Assembly (NCBI RefSeq): GCF_018977255.1
Contig: NW_024704743.1
Coordinates: 29,018,001-29,082,000 of the forward strand
Length of the DNA: 64,000 bases
Source of the DNA: Callorhinchus milii
Taxonomy: Eukaryota
Direction: 5' to 3'
The notes below the pieces were generated by a model. The model saw only the letters and a program-made list of their open reading frames with translations, was not told where the DNA came from and did not search any database. The position numbers and the translations under genes were made by a program. Below, piece by piece: positions 12,022 through 25,109 of the stretch. Numbering within the stretch: position 1 is the stretch's first letter; each line of letters begins with the position of its first letter.

Positions 12022-13105
12022 AAGGTGTGAAGCAGTAAAGACTGTATTTACAGAAAGTAATATTAATTCCTCTGTACAGATTGAGTGTTATAAACTCACA
12101 AACGTGCTGTCTGGCTGAATGAGGGAGGTTGTAGAAGCGGCAACATAAACTAGGGCTGTGTATGAACTAATGATCATGGTGTTAAGATGTAAATTAATAT
12201 AAACCTGACACAGTGAATGCAATACAGCTGAGCAAAAGACAAAACTTGATTTCATAAATATATATATATATAACTAGCGTGTATCTGTGGAGTCCTGTAG
12301 CTCAATCGTTAGAGTACTCACCTTGCAAGTGAGAGACCTGGGTTCTATTGCCAGCAGGGCAAAATGTTGGGCAAGTTTCCTTACTCCACACGCCTCTGTT
12401 TACCGAGCAGTAAGTAGGAACCTGCTTGTTAGTTGATTGGCAGATCAAGAATAAATTGGTCACTTCAATCCACAACTGTTTGTAGACACTGTTGTGCGCA
12501 ATTGGATGCTGCATTTTGCCCACAAATATACAGTCAATTCACTTTACAGTATATTCTGTGAACTGCTTTGAGACATCTGGAGGACCTAAAAAGCTCTATA
12601 TCTAATGCAAGGATTATTATTATATGTAAGGATTCTGCATTGAAACATAACAATTTTTGGTGTGTTAACTAAATCGACAGCACAAGATATGGAGTGTTCT
12701 TACGAGTGAAGTATGTAAATTACATTTGTCCTCTCAAAAACAATTAAGGATGGATGAAAAGGACCCTACTAGGAAGAAATGCCATGGGATGGAACATAAG
12801 CTGAACAGACGTGTGCAGCAGTAATGATGAGATTACAGGGTGTGATGAGTAATGAACATGTGCAATAGTATTGACTATTACAGGGTGCAAAGGTGTGAAG
12901 CAGTAAAGACTGTATTTACAGAGAGTAGTATTCATTCCTCTGTACAGACTGAGTGTTATAAACTCACAAACGTGCTGCCTGGCTGAATGAGGGCGGGTGT
13001 AGAAGCGGCAACATCAGAAAGTGTTCTCAGCAAGTTATAGCCCTGAAAATGAAGGTACACTAGGCCTGTGTACGAACTCATAATCACGGGGTTAAGAGGT
13101 ATATT
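12022..13105 (+). repeat. Local direct duplication (12022-12195 vs 12890-13105)
   Basis: Both copies read AAGGTGTGAAGCAGTAAAGACTGTATTTACAGA..TGAGTGTTATAAACTCACAAACGTGCTG..GTAGAAGCGGCAACAT. The first copy lacks ~40 bp. Confidence 0.9.
12289..12624 (+). mobile_element. tRNA-Ala SINE, long form, full-length
   Basis: GGAGTCCTGTAGCTC head, A/B boxes and (ATT)n tail. Confidence 0.92.
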
Positions 13106-13724
13106 ATTATAGGTGTCCACAGAATTAGCAGCAAAATGCTTTGTATTTTCTCTGGTTCTACTCAGTCATTAACAATATAATTAATATTATTTGTATCATG
13201 TCATTGTCAATAAAATTTGTGGCATGTCCAATATTATCTTCCTTGGAATGGGTTGGGTGTGAGGTAAGCGCAGTCTCTCTAGGATTGAACTGGCTCCGAT
13301 GAAACATGCCTAGTCAAGCCAGGCATGTCTGCAGTAATCCAAAACTTTGTGGATGGTTGACAACCCTGCCTAGCTCGTTGAGACGTGAAGGTGTAAACAT
13401 ATTCATAACGCTGCAAGGCAATGCCCTCACAGGCAGAACTAGTCAGATACTTACCATATAGCAGTTACCATTTTCTCCAATATAGGGGCTTCCCTGAATG
13501 CCGTATGTAATTTCCCCAATGCTAAGAGCTCAGCTGTGGTTCTTCTTCCAGCTTCTCGGGATGTCCTTCCAACATAAAAGGCACTATATAAATGCAATTT
13601 GTTGTTGTTTATGAGCAAATTTGAAATATATTAGTTGGTGCATTGGGTTGGAATTCTAGGACAAGCTGTACGTCCAGAGAATACCAAGAGAGAGAATCCA
13701 TGTAATTACATACTTTCTGCAGGT

Positions 13725-13847
13725 TACCCACAAAATATACAGTCAATTCAGCATATTTTCAGTATATTCTGTGAAGCGCTTTGAGATGCCTTGACAATGT
13801 GATAAGGCTCTATATCAGATGCAAGGATATTTATTATTATTATTATT
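13725..13847 (+). mobile_element. tRNA-Ala SINE 3' fragment
   Basis: CACAAAATATACAGTCAATTCA..GTGAAGCGCTTTGAG..GCAAGG(ATT)n. Confidence 0.8.
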
Positions 13848-13850
13848 TAA

Positions 13851-14180
13851 AATAATAATAATAATAATAATCCTTGCATTTGATATAGCGCTTTTCACGT
13901 CTGGAGGACGTCCCAAAGCGCTTCACAGAACACACTGTAAAGTGAATTGACTGTATATTTGTGGGTGAACGCGGCAGCCAATTGCGCACAGCAATGTCCC
14001 ACAAACAGTCGTAGATTGAAAATGACCAATTTATTATTGTTTTTGGTTTTGGAGGGATTATTATTAGGCTCTGTGTGGAGTAAGGAAACTTGCCCAAGGT
14101 TTCGCCCTGACCTGCCTGGAATTGAACTCAGGTCTCTCACTTGCAAAGCGAGTGCTCTGACCACTGAGCTGCAGGACTCC
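13851..14180 (-). mobile_element. tRNA-Ala SINE, short form, full-length
   Basis: Near-identical to the other young copies, from head to tail. Confidence 0.95.
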
Positions 14181-14184
14181 ACAA

Positions 14185-14378
14185 TGAGAGCGAATGGGTG
14201 AGAAAGAGAGGACGAGAGCGTGAGAGATGGTGTGCGTGTGTGTGTGTGTACGTGACAGGCTGCGTGTGAGAAATAGAGTGTGTGTGAGAGTGTGAGCGTG
14301 TGTGTGAGAGTGTGAGCGTGTGAGAGAGAGTGTGAGCGTGTGAGAGAGAGAGAGAGAGAGAGGGAGGGAGGGAGGGAT
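14185..14378. repeat. Compound (TG)n/(AG)n/(GAGG)n microsatellite
   Basis: Directly visible, including repeated GAGAGTGTGAGCGTGT units. Confidence 0.92.
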
Positions 14379-14587
14379 AGGAATTGGGGTGTAATGCCTC
14401 TCAAACTCCAACGCTGTCACACAGCTTCAGTGCAGTAAATCCGCGCCCACACGTACACACGTCCGCGCCCGTAGTGTCAGATCCAGGCTGTGCTGGGGGG
14501 GGGTTGACATTCATGTCACAGAGGCATTATGAAGTCTGCTCACTGCTTCAGCTTCTGCTGATCTGTTGATTTGTTCTAAATGTAATA

Positions 14588-14790
14588 TAATAATAATCCT
14601 TGCATTTGATTTAGTGCTTTTCACGTCTTCTAGACGTCCCAAAGCACTTCACAGAATATACTGTAAAGTGAATTGACTGTATATTTGTGGGCAAACGCGG
14701 CAGCCAATTGCGCACAGCAATGTCCCACAAACAGTCATGGATTGAAAATGACCAATTTATTATTGTTTTGTTTTTTGGAGGGATTATTAT
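14588..14790 (-). mobile_element. tRNA-Ala SINE, 5'-truncated
   Basis: Reverse complement of the SINE 3' two-thirds. Confidence 0.9.
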
Positions 14791-16131
14791 GTACTATTAA
14801 ATGTACCATTTCTCCTGCTTCTGATCTCTATTTTCAGCACTCCTTAATATTCCAGTCAATTCCAAAGAAACCGACATCAGTGGCATTGTGAAATTTATCA
14901 TATTTTGAACCTGAAAAAAACAGTCTACTTTTTAAAATCTACGTGGCTCATTCATTTGACAATAGCCCATGTGCTCTTTGAAGGCTGGCTTTGTGAGGAC
15001 TGTTTTAAGGTGGTGCCAATGGTGCTTGACACATCTACTTGAGTATGCAGCACCTGACAGAAATCTAAGGGCTGTTGTCGCCTCTAGGCTCAGTTCCTAA
15101 TAAACACTGCTCCCAAAAGCCTGCAATGTTGATCAATGAGTCAAGCAAACAGGGGAGCAGATACTGTGGGTCCAACACTTCTCAGGTTGCTAACTTTGGT
15201 GACAGTATTGATGTGAACAAACAAGAACAGAATGTTGGAAGATTGTCTTGCTGTGAATTCATTGATCCTTATCCTACTAACCTGAGTAAATATACTTATT
15301 GAAAACAATGAAAAAGGCCAATTTAGCTTGTTAAAACCTTGTCAAAGGTCATTAAGGAGGAGTACATCCAGCATTGAGAAACTGAGAAAGCACATTGAAA
15401 AGGGAGTTATTAACGTCAGGTCAGAGCTGCTAGTATGTATTCTGTCCTGTCATTAAGGCACTAATTAGAAATATATGTACCTTTAAGTCATCAATATGCA
15501 AGCAGTTACAATTCTCCAAGTTAAACATCTTGAATCTGGTATTTCGCAGTTATTAAAAATCTTTGCTCAGTAGCCAAAAATCAAAGATGTTTTATGAGTA
15601 GTTAATCTTCATTTAAAATTTTGGAACACATATGTGAGCCACAAGCCATACATTTACTGTTAAATCGTTCAAAAATGCTTACATTTTATATGTAGCATTT
15701 AGACCGCAGAATAGTTAACTGGATGTGCATGGTATTACTCATATTTTCAAAAGTAAAACAATACAAAATTCCTGTTCTAGAGCTGTAAATGTTTTAAGAT
15801 GTGAACTAGTGTGGAAATACCATGAAGAATGTGTGGTGATTTTGCACAAGAAATTTTGTGAAAAATGCATACTTAACTGATTACAAATGCATCTTCTGTA
15901 CTGAAATAGAACAGGTTGTTTGCCTGTCTGCAGTTTGAAATTGCCTATTGCTGCCAAAGGCTTCTTCTGCCACAGGTAACTCTGGCTCATTGCCCAGTTA
16001 GAGCTAATTGCCAGGCATAGCTACAGATTTCTCAGGATGCCACAGGCATCCTAAGAAATCTAATTTCTAAAGTAAAGATTATCCATGTCACACAGCCTAT
16101 TATTTATAACTACAAAACCACTCATTTATTA

Positions 16132-16546
16132 ATAATAATCCTTGAATTTGATATGGCACCTTATCTCTTTGAAACATCTTAAAGAGTTTCACAGTTGTCT
16201 GTAAAATGTAATGACTGTATTTATAGGCAAATGTTGCAGCCAATTTTGTACATAGCCATGAGGTAAATTGTCAATTTTATCTGGGCGTGGGGGGTGAGGG
16301 TTGTTTACCAAGACACCAAGAGAAACTCTCTTCTCTTTTCGAAAGTGCTATGGGTCTTTAACATCTCTGAAGAGGCAGATGAGACCTTGTTTGAACTTCT
16401 CATCAGTGAAGTCATCTCTAGCAATGAAGCACTACCCCCAACACTGCACTGGAATGTCGGCCTAACCCATGAGCTGAAAATCCATGACACGGACTTGAAT
16501 CCACAACTGCAAAAGTGACAATACTATCAGCTGAGTCAAGTAGACA
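16132..16546 (-). mobile_element. Old Deu-domain SINE, near full-length
   Basis: tRNA-like head, Deu core and L2-type tail, all degenerate. Confidence 0.75.
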
Positions 16547-16824
16547 CACAGCTTTTGCCTTGGTGCACCCAAAAATCTAGCATTATATAATAACAATATA
16601 CTCATTATGCAAACTGAGGAAATGTTTTGTGTCTTGGGTGAAGAAAGGACATCAATATATCTGCTCTGGTCTAGTTTAGCGTTACTTTAAAATTATCAAG
16701 GCAGCAGTCACATTATAAACACAAGAGCTAGCAGAGATAAACACCACACAATAGGATCTCCTAGAAATCAGCCAAGTAAATATTTTGCAATAAAAGCGCC
16801 AATCACTCTATCTCCATCCCCCCT

Positions 16825-16980
16825 CCCCCACCTTTTGGCGCATCTGATCTCATCCCTCCAGAATACTTCCCCAACCATCCTCCCAACATCACGCTGCTTT
16901 TTAAATGAATCCAGTATCCTGGCCACTACCACCTTTCTTTGCAACCTGTTCCAGTTGTTAGTCACCCTCTGGTAACTCAG
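16825..16980 (-). mobile_element. CR1 LINE 3' fragment
   Basis: Encodes QRVTNNWNRLQRKVV..ILDSFKKQ.D, a CR1 ORF2 C-terminus. Confidence 0.75.
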
Positions 16981-17369
16981 GTAACCTTTGTACAAATATC
17001 TTGAGCTTTATTCTCAAACTTTGTCACTGAAAGAATTCCATTAGGCATAGCTTTGTAATCTCTTCCATATAACAATGGATTCCTATATACCAATGGACAT
17101 GGCTTTTCTCTTTTCTTACATAAGAACTTACAGGACCACAAAAGACCATTACAATTCAAAAGCAAATAATGGGGTTTAAAAAGCACTGAAAAACAGCAGC
17201 ACAATGGCGCTTTGCATTGGAAAAAGCACTTCCAGATGTAAATTACATCTTCTTCAGGAAATCCTATTTACGTGTCGCCTACCCAGGAGATCTCAACTCT
17301 GACTGAGATCTTGTCAGAGCCAAGTTCTTGCAAGTCATTGTGATATGCCTTATTACTAACTAAGACACT

Positions 17370-17650
17370 TTTATAGAGGTGTAGAACATTTTAAATGGGA
17401 TTGAAAACATAAACCCAGAACAATACATTCGAATACGCCAAGACAGTAGAACAAATGATATAGATTCAGAATTTGAAAGAGCAATTTCAGGACAGACACA
17501 AGGAATTTTCTCTTTACCCAGTTTGTAATCAACGATGGGAAGAGGTTACCAGGAAAGGTGGCAAAAGACTCATTTAAAAAAACAGCTTGATGCTGTGATA
17601 AGGAGACAGTGGGTATTCTGGAAAGGATGAGATCAGATGGGCAGAGGGAC
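17370..17650 (+). mobile_element. CR1 LINE 3' fragment
   Basis: Degenerate ATAGAGGTGTAGAACATTTTAAATGG..TTCTCTTTACCCAG..TGGGAAGAGGTTACCAG..TCATTTAAAAAACAGCTTGAT. Confidence 0.6.
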
Positions 17651-18812
17651 TAATCTTGTGAACGTGTGATGCACCTCAGTGCCTGTGTTTCACTGATTCC
17701 TTCTCATTGGCAGCACAGCTGGGGTCAAGAACTTGCCAAATGGAGAGCTGTTGCTGTAAATCTATATCCTCTCCTGATTTCTGCAGCAAAATTTCACTGG
17801 CAATAGTGCACTGAGCAGAACTGACAACACATAGCCAACAATGGTCAGCAATTCAAGGCAGAAACTATTTGGAAGTCTCTGTTGACTCTCCATGAGTTCT
17901 TGTGCCCCAACTGGGACTCAACCTATAACCTTTGAAAGGTATTAATCTTTAGGCAGCATATGACACATAATCCTTTAGAGCCCTGTTTTCCATGCCAGAG
18001 GATCTTGCTTTCAGGGACTTCTGTTTTGGTCACCACATTTAAGCGATGTTAGAGTAATGTGCTACATTGCTGCCCAGGCTCGAAGACCATGCCATGGCAT
18101 GCTCTATTACTGCATGTGAGTCAGTCATTCTCACTACGGTATTGTGGGTTTCCTTGTCCTCCCAACTGATACCAACATTATCCTCACTCATCACATTCCA
18201 AAAGCATCCACCCATTGCTCCTGGGCCTTCCTGAGGGTCCAATTCCACTAGCAAGCTCTAATAGCTACACTAGCATGGGTTCAAGGTTAAATAGAGGTGT
18301 CTGAAGTACTCCATGCTCAGCACTTTCTTGAAGAAAAAAAGATTTATTGAGTGTTACCTTGTACTCAGGTGCTACAGTCTTTTTTTATTATTCATCATTT
18401 TCTTTTTACTCCCCAACCCCATCAATAGAATGGCACTTTATGTAGCCTATTGTAATATTGTGTGTTGTCTTGAATCCTTCAACAACAACAACAACAACTT
18501 GGATTTATATAGTGGCTTTCACACGGAGTGATGTCTCGGAGGGCTTAAATCGCTTAAAGCACCTCATTGCTAAAGACAGCAGCACAAATATATAAATGAA
18601 GAAGATATGTGATGGGCAGGTGCGGTGAACATCTCCATAGTTAAGCTTCACCAGATAACTCGTGCAGAAAGGAAGTTTTGTGATTACGTTCAGGTCATGC
18701 TCTTGAATGGAGATATATCATATGGTTATTCCTGGCCACTACCTTTTCTGTTTCAAAAATTCAAAAATATAATATTAAAAATATATTTAGATGCTCACTC
18801 CAACAAACTCAC

Positions 18813-18934
18813 CAGTTCCTCCTGTTCAATGCAATGGAAAATAAAAGGCTCTGCAATAGCAACATCATCCTCAGCAGAAGGCATCCTCAGTGGAAGGTTT
18901 GGGGAAACTAAAATTGATTCCACCACTTGGGCAA
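18813..18934 (-). CDS. Candidate internal coding exon of an unidentified gene (xAQVVESILVSPNLPLRMPSAEDDVAIAEPFIFHCIEQEEL)
   Basis: Acceptor ctctgcattcttgtatgtttcttgcag and donor CTG|gtgagt. 122 nt, phase 1 to 0, one open frame, non-repetitive, protein-like composition. Confidence 0.45.
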
Positions 18935-19739
18935 CTGCAAGAAACATACAAGAATGCAGAGAGTTTAGCAATATCAATAGATATTTCACTACTAATTTAC
19001 ACAGCATTTCCTTTTATTTTCCATGACTGTTTATATTTCTCATTTCAGAGGATGATAGATTCTTGTTTGTAATTAATGGTTATTTACCAATACATATTGC
19101 TATGTCAAAATATAACACGTCTGCTTCCACTATACAAACATTTGTCAACATATGATGACTGATCTCGCATTGGGTCAAACAGGATGGGAGTGGTAGGGCA
19201 CCTACCTCTTCACTGTAACAACAGGCGCACCAAATTCGACCTTATAAAGTCACAAATCCATAGATATCTCCTTTGAGCTCATTGATTAAGGACTCTTTAG
19301 TGACCAAGCTCCACCTGACTAATGATTTCCTCATGCTCTACTAATTATTAGTCAACAGATAACGAGTCAAGAATGCTTCCTCCCATACCCAACGACAACA
19401 ACTTGTATTTAAATAGCATCTTTCATACAGGTAACATCTTGGAGCGCTTACCTAATGGCTCAGAGTGGATAATTGAGAGGAGATCCCTTTGCTTTATGAA
19501 ACTCCTGTTCCATTCAAGGCACAAGCAATGGATTCCAAACTAAAGAAGAAAATTCTCTCATGTGCAAGCCTTCTTGCCACTAATTGTCAATGTCACTACA
19601 TTTTTCTTATCCTTTTACCCTGTGGATGCATTTGCTTAGAAAATACCATCTCTACACTTTACAATAAAATCCTCTGAATTGCTTTGAGACATCCTCCCAA
19701 CGTGAAACATGCTTTGTCAAATGCATTTTTATTATTATC

Positions 19740-19935
19740 AATAATCTTTTCCTGTGCCATTTCTGAACTTGTGCTCCCTTGCTATTGAATAACCTTTCAG
19801 CAGGAATAATCCTTGACTATTTATCCTTCCAAAACTATTTACAATTTGATATCCTCTTTTAGATCCCTTCTCACTATTCTCTGTTCCAGTGAAAACTAGA
19901 CCCAGTTTTTCAAGCCTATCCTCATAACTAGAACT
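19740..19935 (-). mobile_element. CR1 LINE fragment
   Basis: Encodes SYEDRLEKLGL, followed by degenerate LRRDL-like sequence. Confidence 0.7.
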
Positions 19936-21054
19936 TAGTGGCACGTGCTTATTATAAGCACACACCGCAATGTCCGGTACTTTACCCTCCAGGGAAAACG
20001 AAGATTAGTAGCAAGCAGTCAGGTTTTCTCAATTAAAGAGTCAGCAAGTCAGGACAGGTAGTCATTTGAAGCTGTTAATGACAGGGGTGCAAAACTATGA
20101 CGGTAGACCAGTGTCACAAATGGCCCCTTTAACAATGATGGATGGCAAGGCGTACGTACATCAGGTGCTGATAATGGAAGGATTGTCTTGCCACGAGACA
20201 AGGTAGAATGCTAAAGTGAGTGTAAAACCTCTAATAGACATACACGCTTCAGGTCATTATTGGCACTATGTATTAAAATATCTTCTTATGGGTTACAAAT
20301 ATAGAATTTATTACAATGTTGAGTCCCAGTATCTTCAAAGTTGTGTGTACTTTCTGTTTATAATTAAAAAGCCTGTACTTACTTAATCAATTCATAAGGT
20401 TCATTACACAGAGAATAACCAATAACTGGAATGGTTTCCATGAATGGTAACTGAGGCCAGGAGATTAGACTCATTTAACAGTTTGATCCTTGATCCTTGT
20501 AGGGTATGTATGTATGGCTGAGCTGCCCAACAGGTGATTATCAGAGCCCAGATTTGCACAGCTTCTGATCAGCAAAGGTATTGCTGTAATTTTGGGAGCA
20601 TAATACTCACAAACCGCAATTTTCCTGTGTTAACATTCTGCTGTCTGACGGCATCATTCATATTCCTTTGCTATGATTATGCAATAGAATTTTTCCCCAA
20701 TTTTGCAAGCTCAGAACAATCAGTACAAATGTAGTAACTCTACACATGAGATCAGCTAGCTCAGCAACAATCTAGGAAAACTTCCACATATGTATGAATC
20801 AATTCCATTCTTGGCAGTGGCTTTACCAAATGAGACATTAGAGCAGTCCCACTTGATATTTGTTTGAAGTGCTGAGAGCTAATTTAATTTCTGTAATGTG
20901 TAATGTGTGAGGGTGCTGTCTGCTTTAACTAGGATGAATTTGAACTCTATAGTTGCAGGTTAGAGTACTGGAGAGCAATAAAGTAAAAGCACAATATAGC
21001 CTGGGCAAACACAATGAGACAGTTTTACACTGATAGCTGGATATAATAACAATA

Positions 21055-21356
21055 TTAATAATCCTTACATATGATATAGTGCTTTTCACGCCTTCTAGAC
21101 GTCTCAAAGCAGTTCACTGAATATACTGTAAAGTGAATTGACTGTATATTTGTGGGCGAAACACGGCAGCCAATTGCACACAGCAGTGTCCCACAAACAG
21201 TCATGGATTGAATGACCAAATTATTATATTATTTTTTGGGGAGTATTATTATCCCCGGAAAAGTGATCCATCAATCCACTAACAATCGGGTTCCTACTTA
21301 CTATTAGGTAAACAGAGGTATGTGGAATAAGGAAACTTGCCCAATGTTTCGTCCTG
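21055..21356 (-). mobile_element. tRNA-Ala SINE, long form, 5'-truncated
   Basis: Includes the long-form internal segment (plus strand GGTTCCTACTTAC..GGTAAACAGAGG). Confidence 0.88.
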
Positions 21357-22159
21357 CAATCTTCTTTCATATCTTTATAATAGGAAATCACAATATGAAG
21401 GCACAGTGTAAAAAAAATGCTATTTTAGCGATCAGCAAATTATACACTCCTATGTTTCTTCTCATGATTCTATGTAGTTTAAGGCAGATCATTAATCATG
21501 CTATGCAGTAATAGGATATTGCATTGCCACCTTAAATTCTGTGCTTGTCCAAACATCTACTTGGCAACCTAGCATGTAACTTAAATCTCACAAAGGGGGA
21601 TTATGGGCGTTATTCTGTTTGCCTCACAGAATTCCAACAGTACATTTGTTAAATCAAAATATAATATGTATAATGATTGGATTTGTATAATCTTGATAAA
21701 AAAACACGCCTGTCTTACATTTCTGTTGCGTGTGTATGCAGGATGAGATGAGCAGATGCACAATGTGAGTTGACTGTTCGTTGACTGTTTATGTTTGACA
21801 TTTATTTACTCAAGGACTTATATTTAGATCTGGTCAAACAGACACTTTTCATTCAGAATCGTTAGGTAACCTTTAGGTTTTCTGCACTTGCCAAACACTG
21901 CAATGAGATAACCCAGCATTTTCCGGAATGTGTCACTACATCAGGAAGGCATCATTACCCTATGGTTAACCACTAACAACATCACAATGAAAAAACTGCA
22001 CTGTTATTTTATCTCCCAGACACCTCTTTACCTTCTGTGCAGGGTTAACTGTGTAAATGTGTGCTTACATTTTACCAGAACAGAAATGATTCAAATGGGA
22101 TTCCACTTCAAGATAATAATATTTAAATAATAATTATAATAATAATTTACATTGATTTA

Positions 22160-22400
22160 ACTAGATTGTACAGCACCGAAACAGGCCGAACTAGTCAGTG
22201 CCGGTATTTATACTCCACATAAATCTTTACTTCCTCTAATACCCTCATATTCCCCTCTCCCTCATGTGTATATTTAACTTCCTCTTAAATGGTTCTACAC
22301 TATCTGCTTTAATCACCATTTCAGGCAGTAAGTCCCACATTCTCACTACCCTCTATGTAACAAATTTCCTCCTAAATTCTCTTTTAGATTCCCTAGTCTT
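22160..22400 (-). mobile_element. CR1 LINE 3' end, degenerate
   Basis: Minus strand resembles TTTAGGAGGAAATT..ACATAGAGGGTAGTGAGAATGTGG..ATTTAAGAGGAAGTTA. Confidence 0.6.
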
Positions 22401-22574
22401 CTACTTGTGTTCCCTATTTATCCTTGCATTTGATATGTAGTATCACTAACATCTAACATCACTTCATAGGTAACATTTTAAGGGTAGTAGCTATGCATTT
22501 GTAGTCAAATTCAGCAGCCATTTTGCACAACAGGTCCCACAAGCAGGAATTGATCAATTTATCATAATAATACT

Positions 22575-22888
22575 AATAATCCTTGCATTTGATATAACGC
22601 TTTTCATGTCTTCTAGATGTCTCAAAGCACTTCACAGAATATGCTGTAAAGTGAATTGACTGTATATTTGTGGGCGAAACGCGGCAGCCAATTGCGCACA
22701 GCAGTGTCCCACAAACAGTCGTGGATTGAAAATGACCAATTTATTATTGGTTTTTTTGTTTGTTTTGGAGGGATTATTATTAGGTGTGTGAAATAAGGAA
22801 ACTTGCCCAAGGTTTCGCCCCACCTGGAATTGAACTCAGTTGTCTCGCTTGCAAGGCTAGCGCTCTAACCACTGAGCTACAGGACTCA
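22575..22888 (-). mobile_element. tRNA-Ala SINE, short form, nested in an older Deu SINE (~22420-23165)
   Basis: Full-length young copy. The old SINE tail lies to the left and its head and Deu core lie to the right. Confidence 0.88.
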
Positions 22889-23867
22889 CATCATCAGCCA
22901 TTGTTGGCCAGGGAACTGGGAGATGGCTCACCGTGATGTGTAGTAACTGTGCACTTGTAGGCAAATGTTTAAATAATGTTGTAGATTCTTTAAATGGGTT
23001 CTGAACAGGCAGAACAGGCATGACTTTAGCATCTCATCCAAAGAACAGTATCTTTCGCAATGCAGAAGTGGAGTATCAGCCTCGACTCTAAGCTCAAGTT
23101 CCAATATGGAGCATGAACCCACAACCTGAGGCAGAAATGAAAGTGTGACCAGTTGAGCCAAGCTACTAATCTAATGATGATAATTGGGACACCAGAACTG
23201 GCCTCAGGGTTCCCAGATTAGGGAACAAAAAAATCTCCTGCTTATACCTACCTCATCTACGCCTCTGAGCAATTTAAAGATATGTATCATGTTCCCTTCT
23301 ATCTTCTTTCTAGTTGAAACATTTTCAGCTCTGCAAGTCTTTCAATATAGCTTGAGGTATTATCTCAAAGGGCCATCCTTGTTGGTGTTCTCTCAATCCT
23401 CCTAATTCTTCAATGTGCTTTTTACATAAAATGTTACAACAGAATCAAGCTGAACTAGTTTGTGCCAGTGTTCATACTCCGCATGAGCTTCTACCCTCCT
23501 AATCCCATCTCCCAAAGTCTTCTGTTCCCTTTTCCCAAAGGATAACTGTTGAATGCAGTGTATCCTAAGATATCATCTAGAAGTGGTTTGAATAACTACT
23601 GTTCACTTTATGGTTGGAATAACTTCAAGGTGATATATATATTTGGTTTACTGATAACTACTTGCACAGAGGAAATTATCAGAAGTGGGTTAATTCAGTT
23701 CTCTGCTCTCACACTCCATCTCCCACTGATTCCAATTGTGATGTGATCCTGATACCCTGCTCCAACCTTGGACTCCATTCTGGCCCAAAATTAGATCTTA
23801 GTAGGTCTCAGCTTAAACCTTAACACTGCCCCTATGTGATAACAAATCCATGTAATAGTAGATCCTG

Positions 23868-24221
23868 GAATCCTGGAGTGTATTGGTTAGAGCACTCGCC
23901 TCGCAAGCAAGAGGACCTGGGTGTGATTCCTGCTCAAGGCAAAGCCTTAGGTGAGTTTCCTTACCCCACATGCCTCTGTTTACCTAGCAATAAGTAGGAA
24001 CCTGATTGTTAGTTGTTAATCGAAGGTAAGAATCCCTTAAAAGAATGTGGTCACTCAATCCTCAACTGTTTGTGGGACACTGCTGTGTACAATTGACTGC
24101 CACATTTCACACATAAAGTACGCAGTCATTCCACTTCACAATGTATTCTGTGAAACGTTTTGAAATATCTCAATGACGTGATAAGGTGCTATATCAAATG
24201 CAAGGATTATTATTATTATTA
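23868..24221 (+). mobile_element. tRNA-Ala SINE, long form, diverged
   Basis: GGAATCCTG..GGTTAGAGCACTCGCCTCGCAAGC head, long-form segment and (ATT)n tail. Confidence 0.88.
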
Positions 24222-25109
24222 TGCTGAATAAAAAGCAGAATTAGGATGCAAGAAACAGAACAAGGATTATTATTATAAACTTTCACACTACGCCTATGTT
24301 TGAGTTTTACAATAGCAATTAATAACAATAAATATTAAACCCAAGCGCTCACGCTCTATCAAAATTTCCCTTAGTTTTTACCCCACAGACTAAATAAGTT
24401 GTAATACTAAAACTTTCAAAGCACAAAAACATCAACTGGTTTGCTTCAGAAAAATCGCATCTCAAATGGATATAACTTTAAAAAGTTTCAAACATTTGAT
24501 CAGGGTACGAGTAGAAACAAAGAAACTCACAACCATTGATGTTAATGCTCAATGTGTTAAAATAAAATGAGAAGCTCCACGAAAAAAAACAAATGAGCAA
24601 AATAAACAGAATGTGAGACTCCCAGAAAATTGCACGTGAGCAGACTGGTATGCGTCAATAGATTGATACAGTCTTTTCTGAGAACATAGCATGCAAACTA
24701 AGAAATCTAGCGTGTGAAGAGAGAAGTGACGGCGGCCGATCTACAAACAGACCCGCATTGAACAAGTCATTGACAATCTGCTGGTAACATTTAAAAGAGA
24801 AGGATCAGTAGCTAAGTTTTCTTATTGTGCTCAGAGTAGATAAGTATCAGGTCTGGGCGCACACAGTACACTTTAGGTTAGGATGAGAGGTCCAGAACTT
24901 CCTGAATGGAATGATAAAACACAGTTGAGAAACTGGCTTTATTTACAGAGCAGAGTGCTTACTTACAAAGTAAATAGCATGTCTACATTGCATCCAGTTA
25001 AGCACTTATAAAAACATGGATACCAGAATGGTGTGCTTGTGTAGACAACGGGAGAGGGAGGAGGATCTTATAAAAGCAGCTACATCACAATGGACTTGTG
25101 CTAATTGAA

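Noticed and set aside
13448..13545. U1 snRNA-like start ATACTTACC
   Set aside because: Similarity stops after 9 nt and U1 stem-loops cannot be aligned. Read as a minus-strand donor, it lacks a good acceptor.
13895..14420. 169-aa and 118-aa Ser/Leu/His/Thr-rich ORFs
   Set aside because: These are read-through of a microsatellite and a SINE.
15075..15302. Open frame after a tag acceptor (GSVPNKHCSQK..)
   Set aside because: The donor is weak and there is no recognisable protein similarity.
18625..19026. 133-aa plus-strand ORF
   Set aside because: It has a GTG start and no recognisable motif, and is best explained as the antisense shadow of the minus-strand candidate exon.
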